From IMG/VR virus record IMGVR_UViG_3300020187_003193: DNA of 64,000 nucleotides; one strand, given 5' to 3'. The first letter of the stretch is position 1, and the number at the start of each line of letters is the position of its first letter. A program made the position numbers and the translations under genes. Shown here piece after piece: positions 63,905 to 64,000 of this stretch. Origin of the DNA: a virus. The notes beneath the pieces were generated by a model, which ran no database searches, had not been told where the DNA came from, and saw only the letters and a list, made by a program, of their open reading frames with translations.

Positions 63905-63931
63905 ATATTTATAATAAATACTCACTAAAAC

Positions 63932-64000
63932 ATGGCTGCAGGAAAATATTCTTTCTTAATAGAGCAAGGAGCTACTACTAATTTTGAAATAGTTTACAAA
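63932..64000 (+). CDS. Partial structural protein (runs off window)
   Basis: MAAGKYSFLIEQGAT.. after late motif at 63904. Confidence 0.6.
   Translation, partial: MAAGKYSFLIEQGATTNFEIVYK

Noticed and set aside
1-64000. Alternative genetic code (stop-codon recoding)
   Set aside because: Large conserved genes (terminase, portal, capsid, gp6) are intact under code 11, and TAA, TAG and TGA all act as stops at tight gene junctions.

Overview
64-kb segment of a large, AT-rich, T4-like (contractile-tailed) phage genome. Every credible gene is on the + strand and the standard genetic code fits. The host is probably a Bacteroidota/Flavobacteriia: there are TTTG-N20-TAnnTTT(G/A) promoters, no Shine-Dalgarno sites, SprB repeats and Bacteroidota-style lipoproteins. 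Order: Kelch-like fibre paralogs (1-2.1 kb); auxiliary genes and endonucleases (2.2-5.5 kb); an early-type region of tiny ORFs, each behind a repeated promoter/leader, with non-coding and GC-rich patches (5.5-10 kb); glutaredoxin, HD hydrolase and a sigma-like factor (11.5-13.9 kb); baseplate/tail module (14.3-35.3 kb); GIY-YIG, primase and exonuclease (35.3-37.4 kb); a cluster of probable capsid-internal multi-domain proteins, several enzymatic (38-47.5 kb); FAD oxidoreductase, nucleotidyltransferase, kinase and possible lysis genes (47.6-51.8 kb); terminase, portal, protease, scaffold and major capsid (51.8-61.7 kb); PhoH. No tRNA, rRNA, CRISPR array, integrase or reverse transcriptase was seen. 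The most notable signals are the capsid-targeting-like N-termini and protease-site-delimited enzyme cargo, hairpins nested inside a 20-nt promoter spacer, a twin CCCUAAU-loop leader ahead of scaffold/capsid, two candidate ncRNAs, and a tail gene apparently split by host-type adhesin modules. All family assignments come from motif recognition by eye; no searches were run.
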